A stretch of 64,000 bases of DNA from a virus (IMGVR_UViG_3300014043_000503:1-64000); one strand, 5' to 3'; shown: positions 29,583 to 40,266, counted from the first letter of the stretch. Made by a program: numbers and translations. Notes: generated from the letters alone by a model not told the origin.

Positions 29583-29923
29583 AGTGTACTGTAATCTATA
29601 CTGATTCTTTCATTTTCCAACAGCGAAAAGTCGAAGATGCAATAGCCCTTCTCCCTTTCCCCAAGTGGGTTGTAGCCAAAGCTGCGTATGAAGCAGTTGT
29701 AGCCCTCTGCCCTTTTCTGCTCAACCTGTTCGCGATTCAGATTACCACGGTCTTCACATGGCTTCAGCTTCCTCACGTCAAGGTCGAACTCAACCATCTT
29801 CCCCTTTACGTGGCGTGCATAGTTGTCCGCATAGAAAGGGGAATTGCTCACCCATACCCAGTTTCCGGGACTGCCCCAGTTGTCGGGGTATTTCCTGAAG
29901 TCGTAACCGCGATATACCTCCAT
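29579..29923 (-). CDS. Hypothetical protein
   Basis: 114-aa ORF between PcfK- and PcfJ-like genes. Confidence 0.55.
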   Translation of the reverse strand: MEVYRGYDFRKYPDNWGSPGNWVWVSNSPFYADNYARHVKGKMVEFDLDVRKLKPCEDRGNLNREQVEQKRAEGYNCFIRSFGYNPLGEREKGYCIFDFSLLENERISIDYSTL

Positions 29924-29925
29924 AA

Positions 29926-30366
29926 TCAGAACAGGTCGAAAAGTATCTCCGTATCGTCCACCTTGATCGTCTCGGCTTTCTTGGCCTTCTGTGCAGGAGC
30001 CTTCGGTCTTGAAACCTCCTTCTTGAACTCCTTGTCGAGACTCGCCTTGTCCTCATGATAGTAGTGGAGTGCCCAGCCTACAACCTGTGCATCATCGAAG
30101 AAACCGCCCCTGCCCTGTGAGGTCTGGATGCGCATATTCGCATTCTCCATCTCCTTCCAGGCCCGCTTGGAAACATACTCCATGCAGTCCTTGAAAGACT
30201 TGTCGTCACGCTTCAGGTCTTCTGCAACCTGAGCATCCTTCTCGGCCTCCGCATTGAGATAGTCGAGAAGCTTCTTCTCCTGAACGGTCAGTTCCCTGCC
30301 GTCATCATTCTTGATTCTCTTCTGGCCGTCAACGTTGATTTCAGCCGTCTTTGATTTCTTTGCCAT
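29926..30366 (-). CDS. PcfK-like (AcrIIA9-family) protein
   Basis: KSFKDCMEYV...FDDAQVVGWALHYYHED...ILFDLF. Confidence 0.75.
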   Translation of the reverse strand: MAKKSKTAEINVDGQKRIKNDDGRELTVQEKKLLDYLNAEAEKDAQVAEDLKRDDKSFKDCMEYVSKRAWKEMENANMRIQTSQGRGGFFDDAQVVGWALHYYHEDKASLDKEFKKEVSRPKAPAQKAKKAETIKVDDTEILFDLF

Positions 30367-30378
30367 AGTCTTATCTTG

Positions 30379-30723
30379 TTATAAAAAACACGTAGAATTC
30401 TCATCCTCAGCGGGCTTTTCGAACACCGGAAGGCGCTCGATGATGGTGCTGAACTGTCCGGTCATGATGTCTGCCACCTCTACCCTGCCCTTGTTACCGG
30501 CGTCCGTTTCAATTTCGAACGACATGAACTCACAGCCGATAATCCTGAGAATCTTCAGGTCTGCAGGCTCGTCACCGTAATATCCGACAACCCAAGGCTC
30601 CTCGCCCTCAGGGAACGTATAATCCTTGCCAAGCTCTTTCATTGCCTCCTCAAGACAGCCGATTTCGTTGCCTCTGAGGTCTTTGTGCATGGCCTCAAGG
30701 GATTTGATTTTTTCTTTTTCCAT
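30379..30723 (-). CDS. Hypothetical protein
   Basis: 114-aa ORF. Confidence 0.6.
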   Translation of the reverse strand: MEKEKIKSLEAMHKDLRGNEIGCLEEAMKELGKDYTFPEGEEPWVVGYYGDEPADLKILRIIGCEFMSFEIETDAGNKGRVEVADIMTGQFSTIIERLPVFEKPAEDENSTCFL

Positions 30724-30792
30724 GTGATGTAATAGTTTAATTTTTAACGAGCCTCGATTTTTTTAAGGCTCATTAATATTTTCTCTCATTTT

Positions 30793-31524
30793 TTAAGTAT
30801 GCAGAGACCAGGCTTCGTCCTTATTCGGCTCAAGCCTATGCGAGAACGAGCGGTCAGCCTCCCCCTTGTAGCCGTGGTAGCAGATCTGCCCCACGTAGGA
30901 TGGCGTCTCCACCCAGAACGCTCGGTCATGGTCGCCCTTCGAAATCCTGATGACGTCCTTCTTGCCAAACTTCACGTACTTCTTCAGACGGTGGAAGACG
31001 TTCAGCAGGCTCTTGTCGCCATGCTTCTCAGCCCATGAAAGCTGCTCCCTGAGATACGAGAACGTGCAGTTGAACTGGAGCCGCATCTTCAGGTCTTTCT
31101 TGGTGGGCCACATGCCGGGATATATGAGCCTATAGTCCGTTATGGCCTTCATCACGGCATTGCGGTAAATCTCGTTCGCCTCGTCACGGCTGCATTCCGT
31201 CACCTTCAGCCCGTTCCTGACGTCCACGAAATAATATCTCATGGCTTTCGAAATCGGACGGCCTGAAAGATGGTAGTCCTCGATGCTGCGTGCCAATGTG
31301 TAGCGGACGGCCTCCTTCTTGCAAATCTGGTTGAAGTAGTGCGTCGCGTCAGCAACCACCACGGTAGAGCCATGATGATACTGGACGAATATGAAATTGA
31401 ACCCCTGAAAGACCATATCCTTGATACAGTCCCGGTCATACTTCTCGAAATCGGTCATGGCACCAGGCGTGCCGTACTGCTTCACGACCTTGGTGAAGAA
31501 CAGTATCAGATTGTCTCTTGTCAT
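30793..31524 (-). CDS. Protein with C-terminal DUF4120-like domain
   Basis: GDKSL...RLK...GQICYHG...SFS..LEP...WSLHT. Confidence 0.7.
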   Translation of the reverse strand: MTRDNLILFFTKVVKQYGTPGAMTDFEKYDRDCIKDMVFQGFNFIFVQYHHGSTVVVADATHYFNQICKKEAVRYTLARSIEDYHLSGRPISKAMRYYFVDVRNGLKVTECSRDEANEIYRNAVMKAITDYRLIYPGMWPTKKDLKMRLQFNCTFSYLREQLSWAEKHGDKSLLNVFHRLKKYVKFGKKDVIRISKGDHDRAFWVETPSYVGQICYHGYKGEADRSFSHRLEPNKDEAWSLHT

Positions 31525-31871
31525 ATTAGGAATTTTGCGTTTAACGTATGCTCAATCATACGCCTCAGATTCTTCTTGGTGTCAGCCTTGAGAGTCCTGA
31601 AGCATCCGTTCATGAAGAGGCTCGCCTTGTAAAGTCCGAAAAGCGTCCTCTTTTCCTCAACGCTGCCGATATACTCACCGTCAGCATACAATTCACCGCT
31701 ACGTTTAAGCAGCAGTTTGGGCTTAAATGTCGTTTTCATAACCCTCGTCGATGCAATGGTCAAGCGAGATTCCGCTCAACACGGCGTCCAAGTCTGCATT
31801 CCACTCACAGCAGAACTCGCGCAATGAGCGCTTCCTGCGTTGCCTGATAGTATTTCTCATAGCTCCTCCGA

Positions 31872-32138
31872 TTAGATTTTGGCAAACTTCTCGGCCCATT
31901 TACGCTCCTCATAGGCAGCGCTAAAGGCGTTGTACCTCTGCTTTCTCTCACGGGCGGCCTTAATCTGTTCGCCCTTTCTCCTGAGAGCTTCCAGACGGCT
32001 CTTGCTCCGTCCGTTGATGCCATCCGAACTGATGACCTTGACTCCCTTTGCGTTGTCGCGGAAGAGACCTCCCACGCATGTCGTTACAACCGCCTGACGG
32101 CCATCCACGTTGATGACCTTGATTCTGTTTCGTGCCAT
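31872..32138 (-). CDS. Hypothetical basic protein
   Basis: 88-aa ORF with shared leader motif. Confidence 0.55.
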   Translation of the reverse strand: MARNRIKVINVDGRQAVVTTCVGGLFRDNAKGVKVISSDGINGRSKSRLEALRRKGEQIKAARERKQRYNAFSAAYEERKWAEKFAKI

Positions 32139-32150
32139 ATCCGTAAGATT

Positions 32151-32312
32151 TTAGATTGTTATTAAAACCGACTTTCCAGCCACGTGAGGGCCGATTTCAT
32201 ACTTCACGTTATGGGCTGCCGCGCATTTGTGGAAGCCCTTGAGGTTGCTGCTCTCGATTACCACCGAACCCTCAGTCAGAAGCTCGGTGAACTGCTTTAT
32301 TAAGTTTGCCAT
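32151..32312 (-). CDS. Small hypothetical protein (53 aa)
   Basis: MANLIKQFTELL... read by hand; same leader as 32138. Confidence 0.5.
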   Translation of the reverse strand: MANLIKQFTELLTEGSVVIESSNLKGFHKCAAAHNVKYEIGPHVAGKSVLITI

Positions 32313-32386
32313 ATCCGTAAGATTTTGATGTTATGAAAAAGGGGAAGCCTCAAAGAAGCCTCCCCTGCAATGTGGCGATCCGTGCG

Positions 32387-32995
32387 CTATGCGCTCTTTG
32401 CCTTCTCGTACTCAGCCTTGGTCATGGGGGTGATACCCTTACCGAAGAGAGCCTTAACCTGCTTCTCTGCGTTGGCCTTGCTGAACAACCAGGCTTTCGC
32501 CCAGTTTTTATAGCCTCCGCCCAACTGAGCCAACTCCTTATGGAGCAGCATCGTTGCGCCTACCTCCACGTTCTCGCCAGCCTCGTTCTTGCCGATGCCT
32601 ACGGTTGTGTCGCTGAACACAAGGAAAGCCTTGTCTGAGTAGTCAACGAATCGGATGCCTAACTTAGCCACCTTCTTCGCGTCGGTCTTGGCGTCAAGCT
32701 GAGGAACCTCCACACCCTTCACTTTCAGCACCTTGGATGCAGCCTCCTCTCTCTTCTTGAGAATGTACTCCTCCTTGGACACCTTCACGCTCTTCTTCTC
32801 CTTGGCGTTCTTGGCAGCCTTCTTGGGAGCGGACTTCTTCAGCGCGTCCCTGTTCTTCTTGGCGGTCTCTGCGATGAAGCTTTGCAGCTTGGCCTTGATA
32901 GCTGAAATCTCGGTTTCTGACTTAGCATTCTTGAATGCTGCGTTAATAATCTCTGATGCAGATACGGTCTGCTTGCCGTTCTTGGTCTGTGCCAT
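32387..32995 (-). CDS. Lys/Ala-rich hypothetical protein
   Basis: VDYSDKAFLVF...LGG...AWLFSK. Confidence 0.65.
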   Translation of the reverse strand: MAQTKNGKQTVSASEIINAAFKNAKSETEISAIKAKLQSFIAETAKKNRDALKKSAPKKAAKNAKEKKSVKVSKEEYILKKREEAASKVLKVKGVEVPQLDAKTDAKKVAKLGIRFVDYSDKAFLVFSDTTVGIGKNEAGENVEVGATMLLHKELAQLGGGYKNWAKAWLFSKANAEKQVKALFGKGITPMTKAEYEKAKSA

Positions 32996-33225
32996 AGTCT
33001 TTAAAATTTTTGATTGTTTGTAAAAATTGAATTATCTCGCTGCCGTCAGTTTATACACCCTCGGCAATGGAGTGTTTCGCTTAATGTCTTTTATCCCAAC
33101 GCTGAAGCATGACGCCCAGCATTACGCAAGTCGCTATAAATGAGCAAAGGCTCATAATTGCAGCGGCTACTCCGTCCGTGAATATCAGCACCTCCGTCAG
33201 AGCGAAGAGTGCTATCACAGTAAGT

Positions 33226-33561
33226 TCAATACGTCTCATAGCTCAGTATGTCTGTTTCATAGTGGTAAAAATCCTCCCAATCGCCTCCGTTGAGAGAATC
33301 GATTTTGTGATATTCTGGAGTCTGCATAAATACGTCAAACCACAAATCATTGTCATCGTTTGAGTAGAATCTGTGCAACCCCTCCATGAGAGCATTTGCA
33401 TACTGCCGCTCAAAGGATAAGCTCTCCCTGATGCTGTATGCGTGAGGATAGAATGCCGACTCCGTTCCGTCTGCTGAAACGTCTGCCGCCATATAGATTT
33501 CGTGGCTGCCGAGATAGTAACCCAGCAGCAACGCAACTGTGATTGTAATTAACTGTTTCAT
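33226..33561 (-). CDS. Hypothetical protein with N-terminal signal/anchor
   Basis: MKQLITITVALLLGYYLG. Confidence 0.55.
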   Translation of the reverse strand: MKQLITITVALLLGYYLGSHEIYMAADVSADGTESAFYPHAYSIRESLSFERQYANALMEGLHRFYSNDDNDLWFDVFMQTPEYHKIDSLNGGDWEDFYHYETDILSYETY

Positions 33562-33591
33562 GCCGTCTCGATTTTATGTTTCAGGTTCTTG

Positions 33592-33882
33592 TTAGCTTTT
33601 AAAAACCGCCTCTACTCCGCAAAATGTCTGCCAATAGTCCACGGGTTCCTCATGCAGAGGCTCAGCGTGCGCTAAAAATACGGGGCATTGTTCTGCAAAT
33701 TGCTGAGGCGTGCCAACCCACGCATAGTATTCGAAATCTCCCAAATCAGACTTTAAGTCCTTCTCGATTCTGAAATAATGGCCTCCGTTATAGTCTGGCG
33801 TCTGTACGATTGCAAACGCCTTGCCATTGTTCACCATGTTTGCCTTTGCGTAAACGCTGAGGCTGAAATTTTTCTGTTTCAT
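33592..33882 (-). CDS. Hypothetical protein
   Basis: 96-aa ORF. Confidence 0.55.
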   Translation of the reverse strand: MKQKNFSLSVYAKANMVNNGKAFAIVQTPDYNGGHYFRIEKDLKSDLGDFEYYAWVGTPQQFAEQCPVFLAHAEPLHEEPVDYWQTFCGVEAVFKS

Positions 33883-34244
33883 AGCTCTGCAATATTCTCG
33901 CTACCATACTCCGCCTCCATGTCAGCCATAGCGATTTTGGCTGCATCAGACATTTGCTCTACTGTAACACTTGCGATGGCTGCCATAGCGATAATGGCTG
34001 CTCTCTTAAACTGTTTTGCTTTCACGATTGTAAGATTTTGATTGTTAGACAAAAGGCTGCACAGATTGACTCCATGCAGCCCGAAATTGAATTGAATCAG
34101 CCGGCACCTACTCTCCGCCCGATGCCGTAGGGCGTGAAGATATGCGCTCCACCTGACGGCTACCTCTATTCGCCATTGTCAGATAAGGTTCTTTCGGTCA
34201 GTTCTATCCCAGAGACCTCACCTCTGTATCGCTATTGAATCAGC

Positions 34245-34712
34245 CTACCTCCAGCCATGCTCCCGCGCGATCACACGCTCCCGATACTGTGCGTCAACTG
34301 CATCCTGCCTCGATTTGGCAATCCGCGTCAGCTCATTGTACCTCGCCTCGCATCTCTCTATCCGCCAGCCCTTGCTCCTCGCGCATGAAACGCCCCTGCA
34401 AGTACCCCTGTCCTTCGGCTTCAGCTTGCACTTGCGCGTCCTCTCTCCCATGCCAGCATGGAATATCTCGCTGGTAGTCCGCTCCATGCCCATGCCGCCC
34501 TCGAAGTACAGCAATGCCGCCTCGATTGACACCCTGCGAAACCTCGCCTCCGCATTCTTCCTCGCATTACGCACCACCGCCGCCCTGTTACGCGCGACGA
34601 TATCATCACTCAGGGGCTTCTTGCCCGCCTTCTGCTCCGCGAGAACCTGGTTCTTCACGGACGCCAACTGTTCGGGGGTAAAGTAATCCCCCAACGTTGC
34701 AACTATACGCAT
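34245..34712 (-). CDS. Arg-rich hypothetical protein
   Basis: 155-aa ORF preceded by aatcttac leader. Confidence 0.5.
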   Translation of the reverse strand: MRIVATLGDYFTPEQLASVKNQVLAEQKAGKKPLSDDIVARNRAAVVRNARKNAEARFRRVSIEAALLYFEGGMGMERTTSEIFHAGMGERTRKCKLKPKDRGTCRGVSCARSKGWRIERCEARYNELTRIAKSRQDAVDAQYRERVIAREHGWR

Positions 34713-34807
34713 CTGACTGTAAGATTGATTGATAGTGCATGGGGAGCCACCGACCAGGCCCCGCCACCGCCACGTTTCCGCTCGGTGTCATGCTCCGTCC
34801 GCGTGCG

Positions 34808-35413
34808 TTACTTCACCGTCACTGCCACATACTCCTCCGTTATATCGTCATAGACGTACTTGTCAGCCGACTTGAACTCAGCCTCCGACTTGGCGATGCG
34901 CGCCTGCGTCTCCTCGATGAAGTGTGACTGTGATATGCCGTCCGCAAACGTCTGTACGCGCCAACTGTTATCCCCAACTTTCGCAGGCATCCACCTATTC
35001 AGCGGAATGTATTCTCCGTCTTCATTCTTCGTGAACAGAGCCTTACGCACCTTGTTCTTGCCAATGGTTACGTACTGTCTCACATTCTTACAAACCCGTA
35101 GCCGTCCGTCTTCCATGAGAAGAGGATTCCACGCACCCTTGAGTGCTGCAACCGTCACCGCGCCAGCATTGCCGACGGGTACACCCATCTGTTGCAGGAA
35201 CGCACCGATTTCCATGTACACGTACTTATTGTCCTTGTCCTTACCGACGCGCACCAGTTCGTGAGACTCGCCGCACATTGATTTGCGCACCTGATTGAAG
35301 GTGCTGCTCTTCTTGTGCAAGTCACGCGCTGCCATGTGCGCACCGTCAAGGTTCATAGACTCGTAGTGAGAAACCACATTCTTAACACTCTGATTTTTTG
35401 CATTCTTTTTCAT
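34808..35413 (-). CDS. Hypothetical protein, first gene of the leftward block
   Basis: 201-aa ORF. Confidence 0.65.
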   Translation of the reverse strand: MKKNAKNQSVKNVVSHYESMNLDGAHMAARDLHKKSSTFNQVRKSMCGESHELVRVGKDKDNKYVYMEIGAFLQQMGVPVGNAGAVTVAALKGAWNPLLMEDGRLRVCKNVRQYVTIGKNKVRKALFTKNEDGEYIPLNRWMPAKVGDNSWRVQTFADGISQSHFIEETQARIAKSEAEFKSADKYVYDDITEEYVAVTVK

Positions 35414-35419
35414 AATCGT

Positions 35420-36800
35420 AAATTTTAAAAGTGAATAATATTTTTAACTACAAAGTGAGTGAAAAAGATTTGAACTTTAAAATTTGCAAAGGAAAAATGA
35501 AAAGGAAAAATATCAAAATATATCGTTTGCAAAGTGCTCGCATAAAGCAAACACTTTGCAAAGATATATTTTTGAAAAGGAAAATTTGAGTTTTCGTTTG
35601 CGTTTTCATTTGATAGAAAAAAGTAACAAATACTTTTTATAGCTCTATCCGGTAACTATCTTTTTAAGGGGCTATCTAATTAATAAATCAAATAGCGCAC
35701 AACAATTTGGCAACCACACAAAAACCATATATAAACGATATATGGAAAGTGAATAACTTGTGAACTTGCAACCAAACTATAAAGATAGCATATAATTGCA
35801 AGTTCATTTCGTTTTTTGGTATGCTTTCCCTTTTTGTAGATATATTTGTTATCTGCTTTAAATATCATATTTTGTTGTTTGGTTGCAAGCCAAACAAATA
35901 CGATACTTAATTAAGAAACGCGCCTATTAAACGCGCTACACTCGTATAGGTGTTACCCTATCACTATACACAAAGAAAAACGCTTTAAACTGATTTTCGT
36001 TTGCCACAAATACCAAATCATTTTGCATATGATTTAATATTTGTTGGTGTTATTTGTAGGTATCCAACCAATTAAAAACCTTTTTCTTTGTAGGCTAAAA
36101 GCCCAAAAAGGGAGATACATTAAAATGTATCATTATTGCCTCAAAAAGCACTTACCACCAAAATTACATTTGTTTTATTTCCACTATCGTTTGGGTTTTC
36201 CACGTTTATTTTATACGTCCGGAAAGCTTTCTAACCACAAAAAGCTTTTTGCCCTTTTGCATAAATCTTAAGCAATTATTTATTATTTGTATCACTCTCT
36301 TTTCCTTTGCTCTTAAATAGCTTTTTCACTTGATACTTTGTTTATCAGGGCTTATTTGGCTATCACCCCCAAAAATCGGCTTGTTCGGTACATTTAAACC
36401 TAATACAAACATTTTTCAAGTGCTTTTTTATTTCCCCTTGTAGTTTCAGATGGACTAAAACCAAAAAAGATGGTTAACCTTTCCCCTTTCCAAAGGTAGT
36501 CTTTAGATAAAACCAAAGGGAGAGCGACACATTATTAAATAAACTTGTAACGCTAAAACTTTGCGCCTAATTTTGAAAACGTTTACCACTTAATCACTTA
36601 CAAAATACAAATCGTTTACCTTTGTAGGAATATTCCAAAATTAAACCGATAACAAATAAACTTTAGGCAATCACCCGATATTTACCGCTTTTAAATAGCG
36701 CCTAAATTTGTAACGCTTATTTGCTGATTTTTTCAAATCACCTAAAACAAATGTAATGAAATCAAAGAGCACACAACCTTTTTGTGGTTGCAATACGATG
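35420..36800 (-). other. Long AT-rich, stem-dense non-coding region (leader or large ncRNA)
   Basis: No credible ORF; many inverted repeats; boxA-like TGCTCTTTGA at 36762-36771 (minus). Confidence 0.5.
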
Positions 36801-38262
36801 ATACATTATATTTATATAGAGTGTAACAAAAAAGGGAGATATTTTTTAATTATTTTGTAATTTACTGATTTTCAAATAGTTAGGAAAAGCAAATTTTTAA
36901 TTGTATTGTGTAATATTACATAAGGTAAAAAGAAAAAGTTTAGTACAAAAGTGAAACTGGATGAAAAAAGCAAAAATGGTTAAAGTTTTTGATATGTTAG
37001 AAATGGAACAATTTTGCACACAAAAGCCCTGAAAATCAAGCACCTAAAAGGGAGCAAAATTTTTATAACTGAGCACTCATGTAATACTTTTTTACCACCA
37101 CCACACCGAGCGGAGATACCCCCACACTCGCGTACCTTATATATAAGCATAATAGGTTCACTTTCTACAATAGTGAAACTATTTTCCAGAGAGAGGCCCG
37201 GAAAGTACCGAAAAATAAGGGGGAGGGTGTCGGTTGCACTGAAAACCCAACACACAAATTTTTGCCATTTTTGAATTTGAAAAATTTTAACTTAACGTGC
37301 TTTTCCCAGCCCCAAAATGAAACGGCCGATTAATAATATTATAGTATAAATACAACAGATGTTCCAGCTTTGAAAATTGTCCGATTTCTAACCTCCATAA
37401 TCACCAAAACCACCAAAAAATCTTACTTCCTGATCCTATAAAACCCACTCCAGAAAATCCCAAAAATTCTGGGGATCTGAATTTCAAATCCAAAATCAAT
37501 TTGTAAAAAATATTCTTAACATCGCCAAATTGCCGCGAAATCTTGCGCGTGCTGGCTTCAAATATATCTGGTGGACAACTTATCCACCCATCATAAAAAA
37601 GCCGCTCAGAACGAAAATTTCGAGGTCTTGCCACCCACTCCATCCACAAAACTTCAATCAGACACCAGATTTTCTTTCCTCTCAGCCCCTTTCACACCTC
37701 CAGCCATCAACTACACCTCCTGAATAACTTCAAACGCTCCAGACGAAAAATTTCAGAGATAACAAAAAGGCTGGTGATCTTCCCATATCTTTCCCAAACA
37801 ATTCCCAGAACGTTCCAAAACCATTCCAAGACCATTCCAAAAAAAACAAAATCACAAAATTAAATCTGAGATTGCCATAATCGGCAATAAACATAACAAT
37901 TTATCAACGATCAGCAAAATATAAAAAGCATTCTCTAAAATTTAAAGAACGGTCATAAACAAAAAATAATTCCTGAGAGTTAACCTAACAATAATATCTC
38001 AGCTATAAATCATAAAAATATTAATTGCTGGAAGTCAACCTATATGACCTTACATAACCTTACCTTACCTTTACATAACCTTTCCTTAACTTAACCTTAT
38101 CTACTCTCAGAAAATAAATATACTGGAAGTAAACCTGGGAGTAAGCATAACGTTCAATACTTAACCTTCACTTAACTCATGAGCGGGCGAGCGCGCACGC
38201 GCGAGCGACTATCAATTTTAAAAATAATATTTCAATATTAAATAATATCAATATATGTTATC

Positions 38263-38340
38263 GTTGTACTCCTGAGGACAATGGTCGGCGTAGTATTGTA
38301 CTCAGGAGGACAATGGTATTGTACTCAGGAGGACAATGGT
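38263..38340. repeat. Three 23-bp quasi-palindromic repeats (iteron/operator-like)
   Basis: (a/g)ttgtactc(ag/ct)gaggacaatggt at 38263, 38295, 38318. Confidence 0.85.
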
Positions 38341-38867
38341 CATGCAAAATTATCTTGCTCATCGTCGGAAATACTTGCATTACCACATCTCGCTTCTGGA
38401 ATATTTTTCTTGATCAACCTTTCGACATATTCAAAATCAACAGCGTTCAGGTTAACTCCTTCCAGCTCTTTCTTCAATCTGTCTGGCTCGATATTGCCAA
38501 ACCTATTAATTGTCATGACTATCATGTCAACCGCATCAGTTGATACGGTATAGTAAAAATTGTTTCCGCCACCTTTGAAATGCCTAATCAGTATTCCCAT
38601 GCTTCTCAGACTTATCAATATTTTATTGATCGTTGTTTTGCCAATATGAAGTCTTTTGGAAATCGCGTCGTATTTAACATAGCTCCATCCGTTCATTTGA
38701 ACAAATCTGGTGATATACAAATATATCGCAAAGCTTTCAATTCCCAGAAAATCCATCAGAATAGGTATGGTATAGCAATATGGTTTTGCCACACCATCTT
38801 TCCCATAGTGCCATTCACGAAACCTTTTCGCTTCCTTGGCGTCTTTTTTTAATATCTGATCTTCCAT
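38340..38867 (-). CDS. Winged-HTH protein (replication-initiator-like)
   Basis: YDAISKRLHIGKTTINKILISLRSMGIL. Confidence 0.65.
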   Translation of the reverse strand: MEDQILKKDAKEAKRFREWHYGKDGVAKPYCYTIPILMDFLGIESFAIYLYITRFVQMNGWSYVKYDAISKRLHIGKTTINKILISLRSMGILIRHFKGGGNNFYYTVSTDAVDMIVMTINRFGNIEPDRLKKELEGVNLNAVDFEYVERLIKKNIPEARCGNASISDDEQDNFA

Positions 38868-38933
38868 GTTCCAACAAATAAAAGGGTAACTTTTGCCTTA
38901 AATATCTTTCAAAATATTTAGAACAACATCCAG

Positions 38934-39425
38934 TTACTCATCATCACAATCACTATCGGGAATTTCACAGCTTGCTTCAGGAATTGACTGTATGATAATT
39001 TCTTTCAGGTAATCAATGCTGGCAGTTCCAAGATTTATTCCGGCAAGCGCGTCCCTGATTTTCCATACAGGTATCCAGTAGAACATGTCGGTTATCTTAA
39101 CTATCGTGTTTTCTGCGGATACTGATATTGTGTAATAGTAGTTGCCACTGCCTTCTTCGATATGTCTGTGTATAATCCCCATATTACGCAATGATTTTAA
39201 CGTCTTGCTTATGGTTGCCCTGCTGATTCTAAGCTTATTCATGATGTCATCATACTTGAGGTAGCAGCGTTCTTCCTTATACCTTGAATAATTGATGAGT
39301 GTATAAAACGCAAGCTGTCTGCTGTCCAAAAATACTGTCATAATGGATAGCTGAATGAAAGAATCCTTTTGATTGATAAGCCAGTTGCGGTATTTTACCG
39401 CTTCTTCAATGTTGTTTTTAGCCAT
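38934..39425 (-). CDS. Winged-HTH protein, paralog of 38340-38867
   Basis: YDDIMNKLRISRATISKTLKSLRNMGII; shared N.YYT.S and IPEA.C. Confidence 0.65.
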   Translation of the reverse strand: MAKNNIEEAVKYRNWLINQKDSFIQLSIMTVFLDSRQLAFYTLINYSRYKEERCYLKYDDIMNKLRISRATISKTLKSLRNMGIIHRHIEEGSGNYYYTISVSAENTIVKITDMFYWIPVWKIRDALAGINLGTASIDYLKEIIIQSIPEASCEIPDSDCDDE

Positions 39426-39681
39426 TTTTTAAAGTTTTTGAATTATTAATTAATTTACTGCAAAGTTCAAAAATTGAATTACGCACCCTATAATAGTAAA
39501 TATTGGAAACAAATATTTGATTTTTGGCATTTTATTTTGAAAATTTTTCTATTATGAAGTGTTCCAACATTTTTTATGTTTTGAGAATTACGCACCGTGC
39601 CCAGCATTTCATTTTAATGTTGGGCGCTTTCTTTAGACATTGTAACAGCATTTTAATTGCATTTTATAATTTTAAATCCGA

Positions 39682-40266
39682 GAAACCGCCATGACTGTGA
39701 AGCCGTGGCGGTTTCATTTTGGAAAAAGTCGGTGGATCCGTCAACATCCAGGCAGTCGGATGACTATTATATGTCAGCTATAGATTTAGGAATATGTGTA
39801 ATAGTTATTGGATTTTAAGATTTTGAAATTTCAATCGTGGCGGCTCAGGCTGTGAAGTCAGGACGCCACGCTTTTTCATTTACGATCATTTATTTTTTAT
39901 CATATTTCATTTGTTTTTTGCGGAGGTGTCTGTGAAGATGCCTCCGTTTTTCCATATAAAAAGCCAGGGCACCCTTTCGGAGAACCCCAGCCAAGAAAAC
40001 ATGGTAAAAGAAAAAATTGGTCGGCGATAAGTGGCCAGTAAGGGACTCAAACCCTTATCTACGCTTTAGGAGAGCATTGTTCTGTTCGGTTGAACTAACC
40101 AGCCTCAAAGAATATTAGAAAAATTCCAGCCGATTTCGTTTGTATCCGACCATGTTTTTTCTATTATATGACAAGTAGTTTTTTCATAAAGAGTTAATAG
40201 ATATTTTTCATTGGTTAAAAATTAGGTTAATAATGAAAGGCGAGGACTGTGAAGCCCCCGCCTTTC
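39682..40266. repeat. Four hairpins capped by CTGTGAAG
   Basis: Hairpins at 39682-39715, 39836-39870, 39920-39947, 40235-40266. Confidence 0.75.
40032..40104 (-). tRNA. tRNA-Arg(CCT)
   Basis: GGCTGGT/ACTGGCC acceptor, atgct-CTCCTAA-agcgt anticodon arm, aaggg-TTTGAGT-ccctt T arm. Confidence 0.85.
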
